This document shows, in pieces, positions 37,630 through 47,553 of a stretch of DNA of 64,000 nucleotides (the stretch's first letter is position 1; every line of letters begins with the position of its first letter). The notes below the pieces were generated by a model. That model ran no database searches, was not told the DNA's origin, and saw nothing but the letters and a program-made list of their open reading frames with translations. The position numbers and the translations under genes are program-made. The stretch is from Gammaproteobacteria bacterium (GTDB lineage Bacteria; Pseudomonadota; Gammaproteobacteria; UBA4575). The stretch spans positions 242,737-306,736 of the forward strand of contig CBDHFH010000003.1 of NCBI GenBank assembly GCA_965262455.1. Reading direction: 5' to 3'.

Positions 37630-37705
37630 AAAATAATTTGGCTCAGCATTGGGGAAACCGAGCCATCCGCTCAGGGAGGGAAGCGGTAGTGCATTCACTG
37701 CACAT
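37595..37705 (-). ncRNA. Candidate sRNA with C-rich loops at the polA-engB locus (sX13/ErsA/Spot42 position)
   Basis: Three consecutive hairpins: GTGCAGTGAATGCAC, CCGCT-TCCCTCCCTG-AGCGG, TGGCTCGG-TTTCCCCAATG-CTGAGCCA; then an intrinsic terminator. Confidence 0.7.
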
Positions 37706-37710
37706 GTACC

Positions 37711-37737
37711 TAGGACTAATACGTTATAAAGAAGTTC
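37711..37737 (-). promoter_or_regulatory. Putative sigmaE promoter of the sRNA
   Basis: Minus strand GAACTT-N16-TCCTA. Confidence 0.65.
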
Positions 37738-37746
37738 AGAAAAATA

Positions 37747-38121
37747 TTAAAAACTTTGCTTGATATAGACACCAACGCTTTCAGATTCATTATGCCCAAA
37801 CTGCGTAGGTGTTTTGAATTCGTATTCGCGTCGACTGGATAAATCCTCATGCAACGAGTCACTGGTGAAAACACCAATCGTTGTTTGTGGTTCATCTAAT
37901 GGCGCAAATTGAATTTCATCATGCTCATTGCCTTGTTGGTTGGCAACGATACCGTTTGACATATTTACCCATTCGCTAGCTGAGTGAACTTGATCACTCT
38001 CAATGCCATGATATAAATTGAGCAGCTCTTCACGTTGCAAATCCAGTGCAAACGTCGAAGAACTAATTAACAGTCCAGCCCCAATTGTTAAAACCTTGCG
38101 TAACATAATCTTAATCCTCAT
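37747..38121 (-). CDS. Hypothetical exported protein
   Basis: Signal peptide ending STFA; C-terminal VGVYIKQSF. Confidence 0.65.
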   Translation of the reverse strand: MRIKIMLRKVLTIGAGLLISSSTFALDLQREELLNLYHGIESDQVHSASEWVNMSNGIVANQQGNEHDEIQFAPLDEPQTTIGVFTSDSLHEDLSSRREYEFKTPTQFGHNESESVGVYIKQSF

Positions 38122-38135
38122 CCTGTTTGAGTCAT

Positions 38136-38172
38136 AAAACCCACCGCACTATCTTGCGTAGCGCTTGTGGGT
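38136..38172 (-). terminator. Possible terminator downstream of polA
   Basis: Minus strand CCCAC-AA-GCGCTA-loop-TAGTGC-G-GTGGG-TTTT. Confidence 0.45.
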
Positions 38173-38249
38173 GTAATTATTTAGAGGGAATTATAAGAAC
38201 ACGAGGTTGTAACTTCGCGGCATTTTGATTAATGGTGGTAGTCGGTCGA

Positions 38250-40955
38250 TTAATGGGCCTCATCCCAATTGTGCCCGACATTCGCATCTACCATTAATGG
38301 TACGGATAAATCAGCTGCTGACACCATGTGCTTAATGATATTTTGTTTCACTTCATCTATAACCTTCTGATTTATATCAAATACCAACTCATCATGTACT
38401 TGCATGATCATGGCGACAGGTAACTTACTATCTGTGATCCATGCGTCAATGGCAATCATAGCGCGTTTGATGATATCGGCCGCACTACCTTGCATAGGCG
38501 CATTAATTGCTGTTCTCTCAGCATACTGACGTCTTTGTGCATTGCGCGCATTAATTTCAGGCAAATAAAGACGTCGACCAAATATCGTCTCTACAAACCC
38601 TTGTTCATGCGCCAGCTCGCGGGTTTTATCCATGTAGTGCTTAACGCCAGGGTAACGATCGAAGTATAGGTCGATGTAAGACTGAGCTTCTGAACGTGAC
38701 ACACCTAATTGTTTGCCCAAACCAAATGCGGACATACCATAGATCAAGCCAAAGTTAATGGCTTTGGCCGCACGCCGTTGTTCTTTGGAAACCTTATCAG
38801 TGCTAACTGCAAACACTTCAGCGGCAGTCGCACTGTGAACATCCTCGCCTTGTTCAAATGCTTGTAATAAACGTGGATCTTTTGATAAATGCGCCATGAT
38901 GCGCAATTCTATTTGCGAGTAGTCGGCGGCAAGTAATACACAATCTTCACTGGCAATAAATGCTTGTCTTATACGGCGACCTTGTTCAGTACGAATCGGA
39001 ATATTTTGCAAATTGGGATCTGTAGAAGACAGTCGACCGGTCGAAGCAACAGCTTGATGATAAGAAGTATGCACACGCCCAGTGACTGGATTAATCTGTT
39101 TTGGCAACTTATCAACGTAAGTTGTTTTCAGTTTTTTCAGGGAACGATAATCAAGTATCAAAGCAGGAAATTCATAGTCATGCGCTAACTCTTGCAGAAC
39201 ATCTTCTGCAGTAGAAGGCTGTCCCTTCGGTGTTTTACGTATGATCGGTAATTGTAACTGCTCAAATAAAATCTTTTGTAGCTGTTTAGGTGAATCTAAA
39301 TTAAATGTTTCACCAATTAAATCATGCGCCTGCTTTTCTAGTGTATTGACTTGCTTTGTTAGTTCTTGACCTTGTTTGTCTAATAACGCTGCATCTATAA
39401 GTACGCCATTACACTCAAGGCGTGATAACACAGATAACATTGGTATTTCAATATCATTGTACAATGCCTGTTGTTTTTTCAATGCAGATAACTGCGGCCA
39501 AAAATACTCATGTAAACGCAAACACATATCTGCATCTTCTGCAGCATAATCAAGTGCAATATCTAATGGTACATGATTGAAAGTAATTTGCTTGGCGCCC
39601 TTGCCTGCAACTTCTTCGAATTTAATATTTTTATGCCCTAGATATAAATCACATAACGTATCCAGGTCATGGCGACTAGCAGTTGAATTAACGATATAAG
39701 ATTCCAGCATTGTGTCGTGTTGAATGCCGTTTAACTCAAACCCGTTTCGCTCCAGCACTGATTTATCATATTTTAAATTATGTCCAAGTTTAGCAATCTT
39801 TGCATCTCTCAGGACTGCTCCCATGTCAGACATTACGTCCTCTAGGCTAAGTTGTTTGGGCGCCCCCACATAGTCGTGCGCAATAGGTAAATAAGCCGCT
39901 TCACCTGCTTGCACTGAAAAAGACATGCCTACGAGTTTGGCTTGCATATAGTCGAGACTATCGGTTTCTGTATCAAAGGCAAACATCTTTGCTTGTTTGC
40001 ATTTCTTAACCCAGTCCTTCAAAGATTTTTTTGTCAGCACTAACTCATAATTGTTTTGTATATTATTTGCGGACTCATTGCTTGAACTCTCGACAGTGCC
40101 ATCATCAGCTAGCTCATCGAGCCATGTATTGAAATCCAACTGCTGATAGAGACGTCTTAATAATTGCGGATTTTTGTTTGATAACTTAAGTTCATCAACA
40201 GAAAAATCCAAATCCACATCGCACTTAATGGTTGCCAAATCATATGACAGTGGCAAATCATCTAGCGCCGCACGCAACTTGTCACCAATCTTGCCTTTAA
40301 CCTGATCGGCATGATCAATAACACCCTGCATAGTCTCATATTGTTGTAGCCATTTGACTGCTGTCTTAGGGCCTACTCCTGACACACCAGGAATGTTATC
40401 GACCTTATCTCCCATTAACGCGAGATAATCGATAATCTGATCGGGCCTCACTCCAAACTTCTCATTCACACCCTGAATGTCCATACGTGAGTCATTCATA
40501 GTATTTATCAGTGTCACACGCTCATTCACAAGCTGGGCCATATCTTTGTCACCCGTAGAGATTAATACTCGATGATTACTTGTGTTGGCATAAGCGGCTA
40601 AGGTGCCAATGACATCATCCGCTTCAACATTTTCAACAGATAACAGAGGAATTCCTAGTGCTTCTATTAATTCATGCAAGGGCTCGACTTGCACACGCAA
40701 ATCATCCGGCATTGGTGGACGATTAGCTTTGTATTGTTTGTACATTTCATGTCTGAATGTTTTGCCTTTCGCATCAAATACCACGGCTACATAATCAGGC
40801 TGTTCTTCATCGATTAATTTTCGCACCATCCTCAATACGCCGTATACAGCGCCCGTTGGTGTGCCATGTTTATTTGTAAGTGGCGGTAATGCATGAAATG
40901 CACGATATAAATAAGAAGAACCATCCACTAATAAAAGTAAAGAATCTTTCGTCAT
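38250..40955 (-). CDS. polA: DNA polymerase I
   Basis: DGSSYLYRAFHA; FDTET 3'-5' exonuclease; STGRLSS, DYSQIELR, AKAINFG, QVHDEL. Confidence 0.98.
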   Translation of the reverse strand: MTKDSLLLLVDGSSYLYRAFHALPPLTNKHGTPTGAVYGVLRMVRKLIDEEQPDYVAVVFDAKGKTFRHEMYKQYKANRPPMPDDLRVQVEPLHELIEALGIPLLSVENVEADDVIGTLAAYANTSNHRVLISTGDKDMAQLVNERVTLINTMNDSRMDIQGVNEKFGVRPDQIIDYLALMGDKVDNIPGVSGVGPKTAVKWLQQYETMQGVIDHADQVKGKIGDKLRAALDDLPLSYDLATIKCDVDLDFSVDELKLSNKNPQLLRRLYQQLDFNTWLDELADDGTVESSSNESANNIQNNYELVLTKKSLKDWVKKCKQAKMFAFDTETDSLDYMQAKLVGMSFSVQAGEAAYLPIAHDYVGAPKQLSLEDVMSDMGAVLRDAKIAKLGHNLKYDKSVLERNGFELNGIQHDTMLESYIVNSTASRHDLDTLCDLYLGHKNIKFEEVAGKGAKQITFNHVPLDIALDYAAEDADMCLRLHEYFWPQLSALKKQQALYNDIEIPMLSVLSRLECNGVLIDAALLDKQGQELTKQVNTLEKQAHDLIGETFNLDSPKQLQKILFEQLQLPIIRKTPKGQPSTAEDVLQELAHDYEFPALILDYRSLKKLKTTYVDKLPKQINPVTGRVHTSYHQAVASTGRLSSTDPNLQNIPIRTEQGRRIRQAFIASEDCVLLAADYSQIELRIMAHLSKDPRLLQAFEQGEDVHSATAAEVFAVSTDKVSKEQRRAAKAINFGLIYGMSAFGLGKQLGVSRSEAQSYIDLYFDRYPGVKHYMDKTRELAHEQGFVETIFGRRLYLPEINARNAQRRQYAERTAINAPMQGSAADIIKRAMIAIDAWITDSKLPVAMIMQVHDELVFDINQKVIDEVKQNIIKHMVSAADLSVPLMVDANVGHNWDEAH

Positions 40956-41041
40956 ATGTATGCGTCTATTTATAGAATTTGAAAAGCAGGTGACAACGTT
41001 ATCATGTACACTCGCGCAAAGGAAAACGAGTTATTAAAATA

Positions 41042-41764
41042 ATGAATCAAAAATTTCACAAGCAATCCCTAACTGGGCCGGGAGACTCATCTGCGCTATC
41101 TCGCGAAAGTTGGAAAATCTTTCAAATTGTCGCCGAATTTGTTGAAGGCTTTGAGCGCTTATCCAAAATTGCACCCTCGGTAAGTATTTTTGGTTCAGCA
41201 CGCACGCCTGAAGATCATCCTTATTATCAATTGACAGAGAGCATCGCACGTGAGTTGTCTGATGCAGGATTTAGCGTTGTCAGCGGTGGTGGCCCGGGCA
41301 TTATGGAAGCCGCAAATAAAGGGGCCTATGCCGGCAAATCTCCAAGTGTTGGCTTGAATATCTTTTTACCGCATGAACAGTCAGGCAACCCATTCCAAGA
41401 TATTACACTTAACTTTAGACATTTTTTTTCTCGCAAAGTCATGTTTGTAAAATATGCATCGGCCTATGTGGTGTTGCCAGGTGGGTTTGGTACGCTCGAT
41501 GAATTAGCTGAAATATTAACTCTGGTTCAGACTGGCAAATCAAGAAAAATACCTATCATTTTAGTTCAGTCTGATTTTTGGCAAGGCCTGTTAGACTGGT
41601 TCAAACAAGCTCTGCTAACAAATAACACTATCTCTGCATCTGATTTAGATTTAATTCAGGTAATTGATGACCCATCTGAAGTAGTTAAAGCAATTTTTGA
41701 TTACTATGAAGGAAGGACCTTTGAACCTTCCACCGAGGAACAACAAAAACTGCTCGACCTGTAA
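41042..41764 (+). CDS. LOG family (TIGR00730) Rossmann-fold protein
   Basis: SIFGSAR, SGGGPGIMEAAN, RKVMF, PGGFGTLDE. Confidence 0.92.
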   Translation: MNQKFHKQSLTGPGDSSALSRESWKIFQIVAEFVEGFERLSKIAPSVSIFGSARTPEDHPYYQLTESIARELSDAGFSVVSGGGPGIMEAANKGAYAGKSPSVGLNIFLPHEQSGNPFQDITLNFRHFFSRKVMFVKYASAYVVLPGGFGTLDELAEILTLVQTGKSRKIPIILVQSDFWQGLLDWFKQALLTNNTISASDLDLIQVIDDPSEVVKAIFDYYEGRTFEPSTEEQQKLLDL

Positions 41765-41802
41765 TTCCCTGCAGTTGATTAATTGTTTGCTAAATAATTG
41801 CA

Positions 41803-42309
41803 ATGTTAAAACAGATAGAGTCTTTTATTAATTGTATTAATGAATGGCTTGGTCGCACCGTTGCCTGGTTCGTGCTAGCCATGGTGATAATCACTTTTTT
41901 CAATGTCATTATGCGCTATGGTTTCAATTTTGGCCTGATTGCAATTCAGGAAAGTGTGATTTATTTGCATAGCTTTGTTTTCATGCTCGCTATTGCCTAT
42001 ACCTACAAACATAACGAGCACGTCAGAGTTGATATTTTATATTCCAACTACTCAAACAAACAAAAAGCATGGGTTGATTTACTTGGAACGCTAGTATTGC
42101 TCATTCCTTTTTGCCTTTATTTAATAGCTTCCAGTTGGCAGTATGCCGCCAGCTCATGGGCTTTGTTAGAGGGATCACGTGAAGCAGGTGGCTTGCCCTT
42201 TTTATTTATTCTAAAAACATTAGTTCCATTAATGCCGGCACTGTTATTACTGCAAGGCATAGCAACACTATGTTCATGTTTAAACATTTTAAAGTCTAAC
42301 TCTGAATAG
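41803..42309 (+). CDS. TRAP transporter small permease (DctQ)
   Basis: Four TM helices, MRYGF, HVRVDI, EGSREAGGLP. Confidence 0.9.
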   Translation: MLKQIESFINCINEWLGRTVAWFVLAMVIITFFNVIMRYGFNFGLIAIQESVIYLHSFVFMLAIAYTYKHNEHVRVDILYSNYSNKQKAWVDLLGTLVLLIPFCLYLIASSWQYAASSWALLEGSREAGGLPFLFILKTLVPLMPALLLLQGIATLCSCLNILKSNSE

Positions 42310-42312
42310 CTT

Positions 42313-43683
42313 ATGGAATTGTTGGCCTTTGTCATGTTTATTTTTGTCATCTTGGTGTTAATGACAGGTTATCCAGTGGCATTTACTTTAGCCGGTGTTT
42401 CTTTAATCTTTGCTTTTGTTGGTACTTTCATACAAGGTTTTGATTCTTCACTAATGCATGCATTACCCAGCCGCATTTTTGGCATCATGAATAATGAAAC
42501 ATTAATTGCGGTGCCTTTGTTCGTCTTCATGGGCGTGACCTTAGAGCGCGCCAAAATTGCTGAAAATCTACTCGACACCATGTCACTTCTATTTGGCTCA
42601 TTAAGAGGTGGTTTAGGCTTTTCTGTCGTTATAGTTGGCTTATTACTGGCTGCGAGCACTGGTATCGTCGGCGCGACCGTTGTCACCATGGGCTTGCTAT
42701 CTTTACCTACCATGTTAAAACGTAATTATGACCCGGCTCTGTCCTGCGGTGTGATATGTGCATCAGGCACACTTGGCCAAATTATTCCGCCTTCGATTAT
42801 TTTAGTTTTATTGGGCGATGTAATTTCATCTGCCTATCAACAATCACAATTAGACCAGGGAATTTTTTCACCCGACACGGTGACTGTTAGTGATTTATTT
42901 GCCGGGGCGATTATTCCAGGCCTATTGTTAGTTGCTATTTACATAATCTATTTACTTTTTTTAACTAGCACAAAACCTGCATTAATGCCGGCAGTAAACA
43001 ATCACACAGAAAACTCAAACTTATTCTTGCGTTGCTGCAAGGCTTTATTCCCTCCGATTATATTAATAATTGCAGTCCTTGGATCCATCATAGCAGGCAT
43101 TGCCACGCCCACCGAAGCGGCTTCCGTCGGGGCGATCGGTGCATTGTTGCTAGCATTAATTAACAAACGCCTTAACCTGTCTTGTTTGCGAGAGATTACT
43201 CACAGCACGGTTCGTGTGACATGCATGGTGTTTGCAATCTTCATCGGTGCTTCAATTTTTTCTCTCGTATTCCGCGGCTATGGCGGTGATGATGCAATTC
43301 ATGATTTTCTTACCCAGCTGCCCGGCGGCGTGTTTGCAGCAGTCGCCATTGTTATGCTTGTGATGTTTTTACTTGGATTTGTTTTAGACTTTATTGAGAT
43401 TACTTTTGTGGTAGTGCCCATCGTTGGGCCGATATTACTTATGATGGGCGTGGATCCTGTTTGGCTGGGCATCATGATCGCAATTAATTTACAGACATCA
43501 TTTTTAACACCACCGTTCGGCTTTGCATTATTTTATCTGCGTGGTGTTGCACCACAAACGATTACTACTAAACAAATATATAAAGGTGTGATGCCCTTTA
43601 TTGCTATACAGATTGGTGTGTTGGGTGCTCTTGCCAAGTGGCCAGAATTAGCCACTTGGTTACCGGAAAAGTTAACTTACTAA
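42313..43683 (+). CDS. TRAP transporter large permease (DctM)
   Basis: GYPVAFTL, AVPLFVFMG, SGTLGQIIPPS, TPTEA, QTSFLTPPFG. Confidence 0.94.
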   Translation: MELLAFVMFIFVILVLMTGYPVAFTLAGVSLIFAFVGTFIQGFDSSLMHALPSRIFGIMNNETLIAVPLFVFMGVTLERAKIAENLLDTMSLLFGSLRGGLGFSVVIVGLLLAASTGIVGATVVTMGLLSLPTMLKRNYDPALSCGVICASGTLGQIIPPSIILVLLGDVISSAYQQSQLDQGIFSPDTVTVSDLFAGAIIPGLLLVAIYIIYLLFLTSTKPALMPAVNNHTENSNLFLRCCKALFPPIILIIAVLGSIIAGIATPTEAASVGAIGALLLALINKRLNLSCLREITHSTVRVTCMVFAIFIGASIFSLVFRGYGGDDAIHDFLTQLPGGVFAAVAIVMLVMFLLGFVLDFIEITFVVVPIVGPILLMMGVDPVWLGIMIAINLQTSFLTPPFGFALFYLRGVAPQTITTKQIYKGVMPFIAIQIGVLGALAKWPELATWLPEKLTY

Positions 43684-43729
43684 AGCGTGCTTATGCGATG
43701 CTTGTAAGTAATTGCGTATTGAAGAAAAT

Positions 43730-43963
43730 TTAGTAGGAAGAGATTTTTGGTACTAGTTGAAAATAACCAACAATAACCAATATTAAGTAGCCAAGACCAA
43801 TGGCAAAAGTGATTCCTTTTTTAACCGCAGTTCCTTCACTGTTTGCGCGGAACGGTTGAGCCATTATCATAACTCCAATGATGGCCATGGCTAAAAAGAA
43901 CCCTTGTGTGCCCCATTCTTTAGCATCCCACATTGTTTTCCACTTGGTATAAAGATCGTCCAT
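43730..43963 (-). CDS. Small two-TM hypothetical protein
   Basis: Strong RBS GGAGG 5 nt before ATG; two hydrophobic helices. Confidence 0.65.
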   Translation of the reverse strand: MDDLYTKWKTMWDAKEWGTQGFFLAMAIIGVMIMAQPFRANSEGTAVKKGITFAIGLGYLILVIVGYFQLVPKISSY

Positions 43964-44099
43964 TTTTCCTCCGCCGTTATGGCATCCTATTATTTTTATA
44001 GTAGATTGGCGGCAGTATATCAGCCACTCAAAAATAATTCTTTTTTTATCTCACAGATTGGCAATAATAAAATTATTTATTTAATTCAATAAGTTATAT

Positions 44100-45224
44100 C
44101 TATCTAAGATTTAAATAGGCTCTCTCTGACAAGTCAAACCAGGCTTTCGATTTGGCTAAAAAGCGTTGATAAGAATCATAAATTTCTTGTGCAAACTTAT
44201 CATTACCAACCACATCTGCCACTACTTGCTCAGATAAATCACGCAATTTTTCAATCACATCCGCGGGGAATTCTCTGACATCAACATTATGTTCGCTGAC
44301 TAGACTCACTAAAGCGTCATTATTGCGAGCGACATATTCAAGCATCATATTTTGATTAGCCACGCGTGCGGCATTTTGCACAATCGCCTGCAGATCAGCT
44401 GGTAACGTATTAAACGCTTTTTGATTTACAAAACATTCGAGTGTTGTTCCTGGCTCATGCCAACCTGGTGAGTAATAGTACTTTGCGGCTTTATGTAAAC
44501 CAAATGCAAGGTCATTGTAAGGCCCCACCCATTCGGTGGCATCAATCACTCCTTTTTGCAGCGACACAAATAAATCACCACCAGGGACATTCACTGGAGT
44601 TCCGCCCGCAAGTCGAAGCACTTCACCACCAAGTCCTGGGATGCGCATTTTTAATCCCTGCAAATCTTCCAGCGAGTTTATTTCTTTATTAAACCACCCT
44701 CCCATTTGCACCATGGTGTTACCTGCAGCCATGGGCACTAAACCAAATGGTTCGTACGCCCGCTGCCATAATTCCATACCACCCCCATGGTACAACCAAG
44801 CATTCATTTCGTTTGCCGTCATACCAAAAGGAACCGTAGAAAAAAATTGTAACGCTGGATTTTTACCTTTCCAGTAGTAAGCCGAACCATGACCCATTTC
44901 AGCAGTCCCTGCTGTCACTGCATCAAATATTTCAAACGCGGGAACAATCTCTCCTGCGCCATATACTTTTATATTAATACGCCCGCCGGACATTTGATTG
45001 ATGATTTGCGCGAGATACTCTGCACCCATACCTAAACCAGGAAAATTTTTGGGCCATGTGGTTACCATTTTCCAATTAAATGTTGGTTGACTGGCTGACT
45101 CACTGACAGCGCTATTTGTCTCTGTGCAATCGCTATTACATGCAACGACTGTGCAACTGGCAGCACTAACTCCAAGATACTGTAAAAATTTTCTTCGATT
45201 ATTATCTTTATTGTTATTCTGCAT
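44100..45224 (-). CDS. TRAP substrate-binding protein (DctP, TakP-like), Tat signal
   Basis: RRKFL, WKMVTTWP, YYWKGK, KMRIPGLGG, DATEWVGP, YYSPGWHEP; start moved to ATG 45224. Confidence 0.92.
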   Translation of the reverse strand: MQNNNKDNNRRKFLQYLGVSAASCTVVACNSDCTETNSAVSESASQPTFNWKMVTTWPKNFPGLGMGAEYLAQIINQMSGGRINIKVYGAGEIVPAFEIFDAVTAGTAEMGHGSAYYWKGKNPALQFFSTVPFGMTANEMNAWLYHGGGMELWQRAYEPFGLVPMAAGNTMVQMGGWFNKEINSLEDLQGLKMRIPGLGGEVLRLAGGTPVNVPGGDLFVSLQKGVIDATEWVGPYNDLAFGLHKAAKYYYSPGWHEPGTTLECFVNQKAFNTLPADLQAIVQNAARVANQNMMLEYVARNNDALVSLVSEHNVDVREFPADVIEKLRDLSEQVVADVVGNDKFAQEIYDSYQRFLAKSKAWFDLSERAYLNLR

Positions 45225-45327
45225 TTGATTACTCCCTGCTAACTCGTGCTTAAATGTCAACTCACATTATATGTATTACTGGTTTGTAAGTTGATGGCAC
45301 ACACTTAAACACTCATTATCAATTTAA

Positions 45328-47508
45328 TTAAGAAATCACCACTAAATTGGCATATGACAATACTAACCACTTACTGCCACTGCCTTCAAACTTGACCTGA
45401 ACGCGCGCGCTATTGCCATTACCCTCGTGGTCTAACACCACTCCCTCACCAAATTTCCTATGTGTGACACGCTGGCCCACTTTAATATCGCTTTCACTGT
45501 CGCTAATACTGCCTTTAACCTTGGGCATAAAGTCAGGACGATGTGCGGTTTGCGTCACGCGTGCTCGCGGACGCACTTCTACGACAAGATCCGCGGGGAC
45601 TTCATTTATAAAACGTGAGGGAGGATTGTAGTTTTCATTGCCATAATGTCGGCGAGATTCTGCATAACACATCATTAAATGTTCGCGTGCACGCGTGATA
45701 CCCACATAACACAGGCGACGCTCCTCTTCGACTCGTCCAGGTTCATCCATTGACATACTGCTGGGAAATAATCCTTCTTCCATACCAACTAAAAACACCA
45801 GCGGGAACTCTAATCCCTTAGCTGTGTGTAGCGTCATCAGTTGCACACAATCATCCCACTTTGAGGCCTGGCCTTCACCAGACTCCAATGCAGCATTTGC
45901 CAAAAAGGCATCCAGCTCTGTTAATTCTTCGCCCTCTTCACTCTCATAGTAAAATCCACGTGCAGCTTCGATCAGTTCATGTAAATTTTCTACACGTGAT
46001 TGACCCTTCTCACTACGATCTTTTTCAAAATGGGCTTGCAAGCCGGAAAGACCAATGACATGTTCCACTTGGTCCTCTAACGCACTGTCTTTTAATTCAG
46101 CACTTAATCTTTCTATTAAAGCAACAAATTGATTGAGTGCCGTCTGGGCTCTGGTCGCAAGTGTGTTTTGTTCAATAATCGCTTTTGTCGCCTGCCATAA
46201 TGGCACTGCAGCAGAACGCGCATGATCACGGATAATTTGTAATGTGCGATCGCCAATACCGCGAGGTGGATGATTAACGATGCGTTCAAAGGCAGGATCA
46301 TCAATACGGCTTGAACTTAATCGCAAATATGCCAAAGCATCTTTAATTTCTGCCCGTTCGAAAAATCTCAAACCACCATAAATTCGATACGGGACCTGCT
46401 GAGCAATTAAGTTTTCTTCAAATACACGTGACTGTACATTAGAACGATATAATACGGCGATTTCATTATATTTTCTGCCCTGTTGTACCCACTCTTTGAT
46501 GCGCTCTATGACAAAACGTGCTTCGTCATGCTCGTTGTAAGCTGCATACAACTGGATAGGTGCACCTTCGTTACCCTGCGTCCAAAGTTTTTTACCTAAG
46601 CGCCCCTGGTTGTGATCAATCAAGCCATTCGCAGCAGATAGAATCGTGCTGGTGGAGCGATAGTTTTGTTCCAAACGAAATGTTTGTGTATCCGGATAAT
46701 CTTTACTAAATGAAAATATATTTTCTATGCGCGCTCCACGCCAGCCATATATTGATTGATCATCATCACCGACAGCAAACACCGGTGTATTTTTTCCTGC
46801 CAGCAATTTAAGCCATTCATATTGTATTGAGTTTGTGTCCTGAAACTCATCAACCAACAGATAACCAAAGCGATAACGATAATGTGTGAGAATATCTTCA
46901 TTATGACGTAATAATTCTAAACTGCGTAATAATAATTCTGCAAAGTCTACAACACCCGCACGCTCACACGCTGCTTCATAAGCAGTGTAGACGCGTAACA
47001 GTTGTCTTGTAGTAAGATCGCCACTGTCTTGTATTTGATTGGCACGCAGGCTCTCATCTTTACGAGCGTTAATAAACCACTGCGCTTGTTTGACCGGCCA
47101 TTTCGATTCATCCAATTCCAAGCCTTTCATAATACGCTTGACCAATCGGTGTTGATCCTCGGAATCCAAGATTTGAAACGTTTGCGGTAAATTTGCTGCA
47201 TGCCAATGTGCACGTAACATGCGATGGGCAATGCCATGAAAAGTACCCACCCACATGCCCGACAAATTTGTATCAAGTAGAGTCTCTACTCGGCCGCGCA
47301 TTTCCGCCGCGGCTTTATTCGTAAAAGTCACAGCAAGCAAACCATAAGGTGACATACCCTCTACTTGGCATAACCAAGCAATACGATGCACCAACACACG
47401 CGTTTTACCACTGCCGGCACCGGCTAATACTAACGCGGGGCCTGGCGTAGAGGTAACTGCAGCACGCTGCTCTTCATTTAACTCGTCAAGAATCGGCGAA
47501 ACATCCAC
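45328..47508 (-). CDS. uvrD: DNA helicase II
   Basis: LAGAGSGKTRVL, DEFQDTN, GDDDQSIYGWRGA, LEQNYRS, KGLEFP, EERRLCYVGITRA, C-terminal HRKFGEG. Confidence 0.97.
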   Translation of the reverse strand: MDVSPILDELNEEQRAAVTSTPGPALVLAGAGSGKTRVLVHRIAWLCQVEGMSPYGLLAVTFTNKAAAEMRGRVETLLDTNLSGMWVGTFHGIAHRMLRAHWHAANLPQTFQILDSEDQHRLVKRIMKGLELDESKWPVKQAQWFINARKDESLRANQIQDSGDLTTRQLLRVYTAYEAACERAGVVDFAELLLRSLELLRHNEDILTHYRYRFGYLLVDEFQDTNSIQYEWLKLLAGKNTPVFAVGDDDQSIYGWRGARIENIFSFSKDYPDTQTFRLEQNYRSTSTILSAANGLIDHNQGRLGKKLWTQGNEGAPIQLYAAYNEHDEARFVIERIKEWVQQGRKYNEIAVLYRSNVQSRVFEENLIAQQVPYRIYGGLRFFERAEIKDALAYLRLSSSRIDDPAFERIVNHPPRGIGDRTLQIIRDHARSAAVPLWQATKAIIEQNTLATRAQTALNQFVALIERLSAELKDSALEDQVEHVIGLSGLQAHFEKDRSEKGQSRVENLHELIEAARGFYYESEEGEELTELDAFLANAALESGEGQASKWDDCVQLMTLHTAKGLEFPLVFLVGMEEGLFPSSMSMDEPGRVEEERRLCYVGITRAREHLMMCYAESRRHYGNENYNPPSRFINEVPADLVVEVRPRARVTQTAHRPDFMPKVKGSISDSESDIKVGQRVTHRKFGEGVVLDHEGNGNSARVQVKFEGSGSKWLVLSYANLVVIS

Positions 47509-47553
47509 AGGCGTTATTCACTCTTTGCAAATATGTTATGTTTTTATGGTCAA

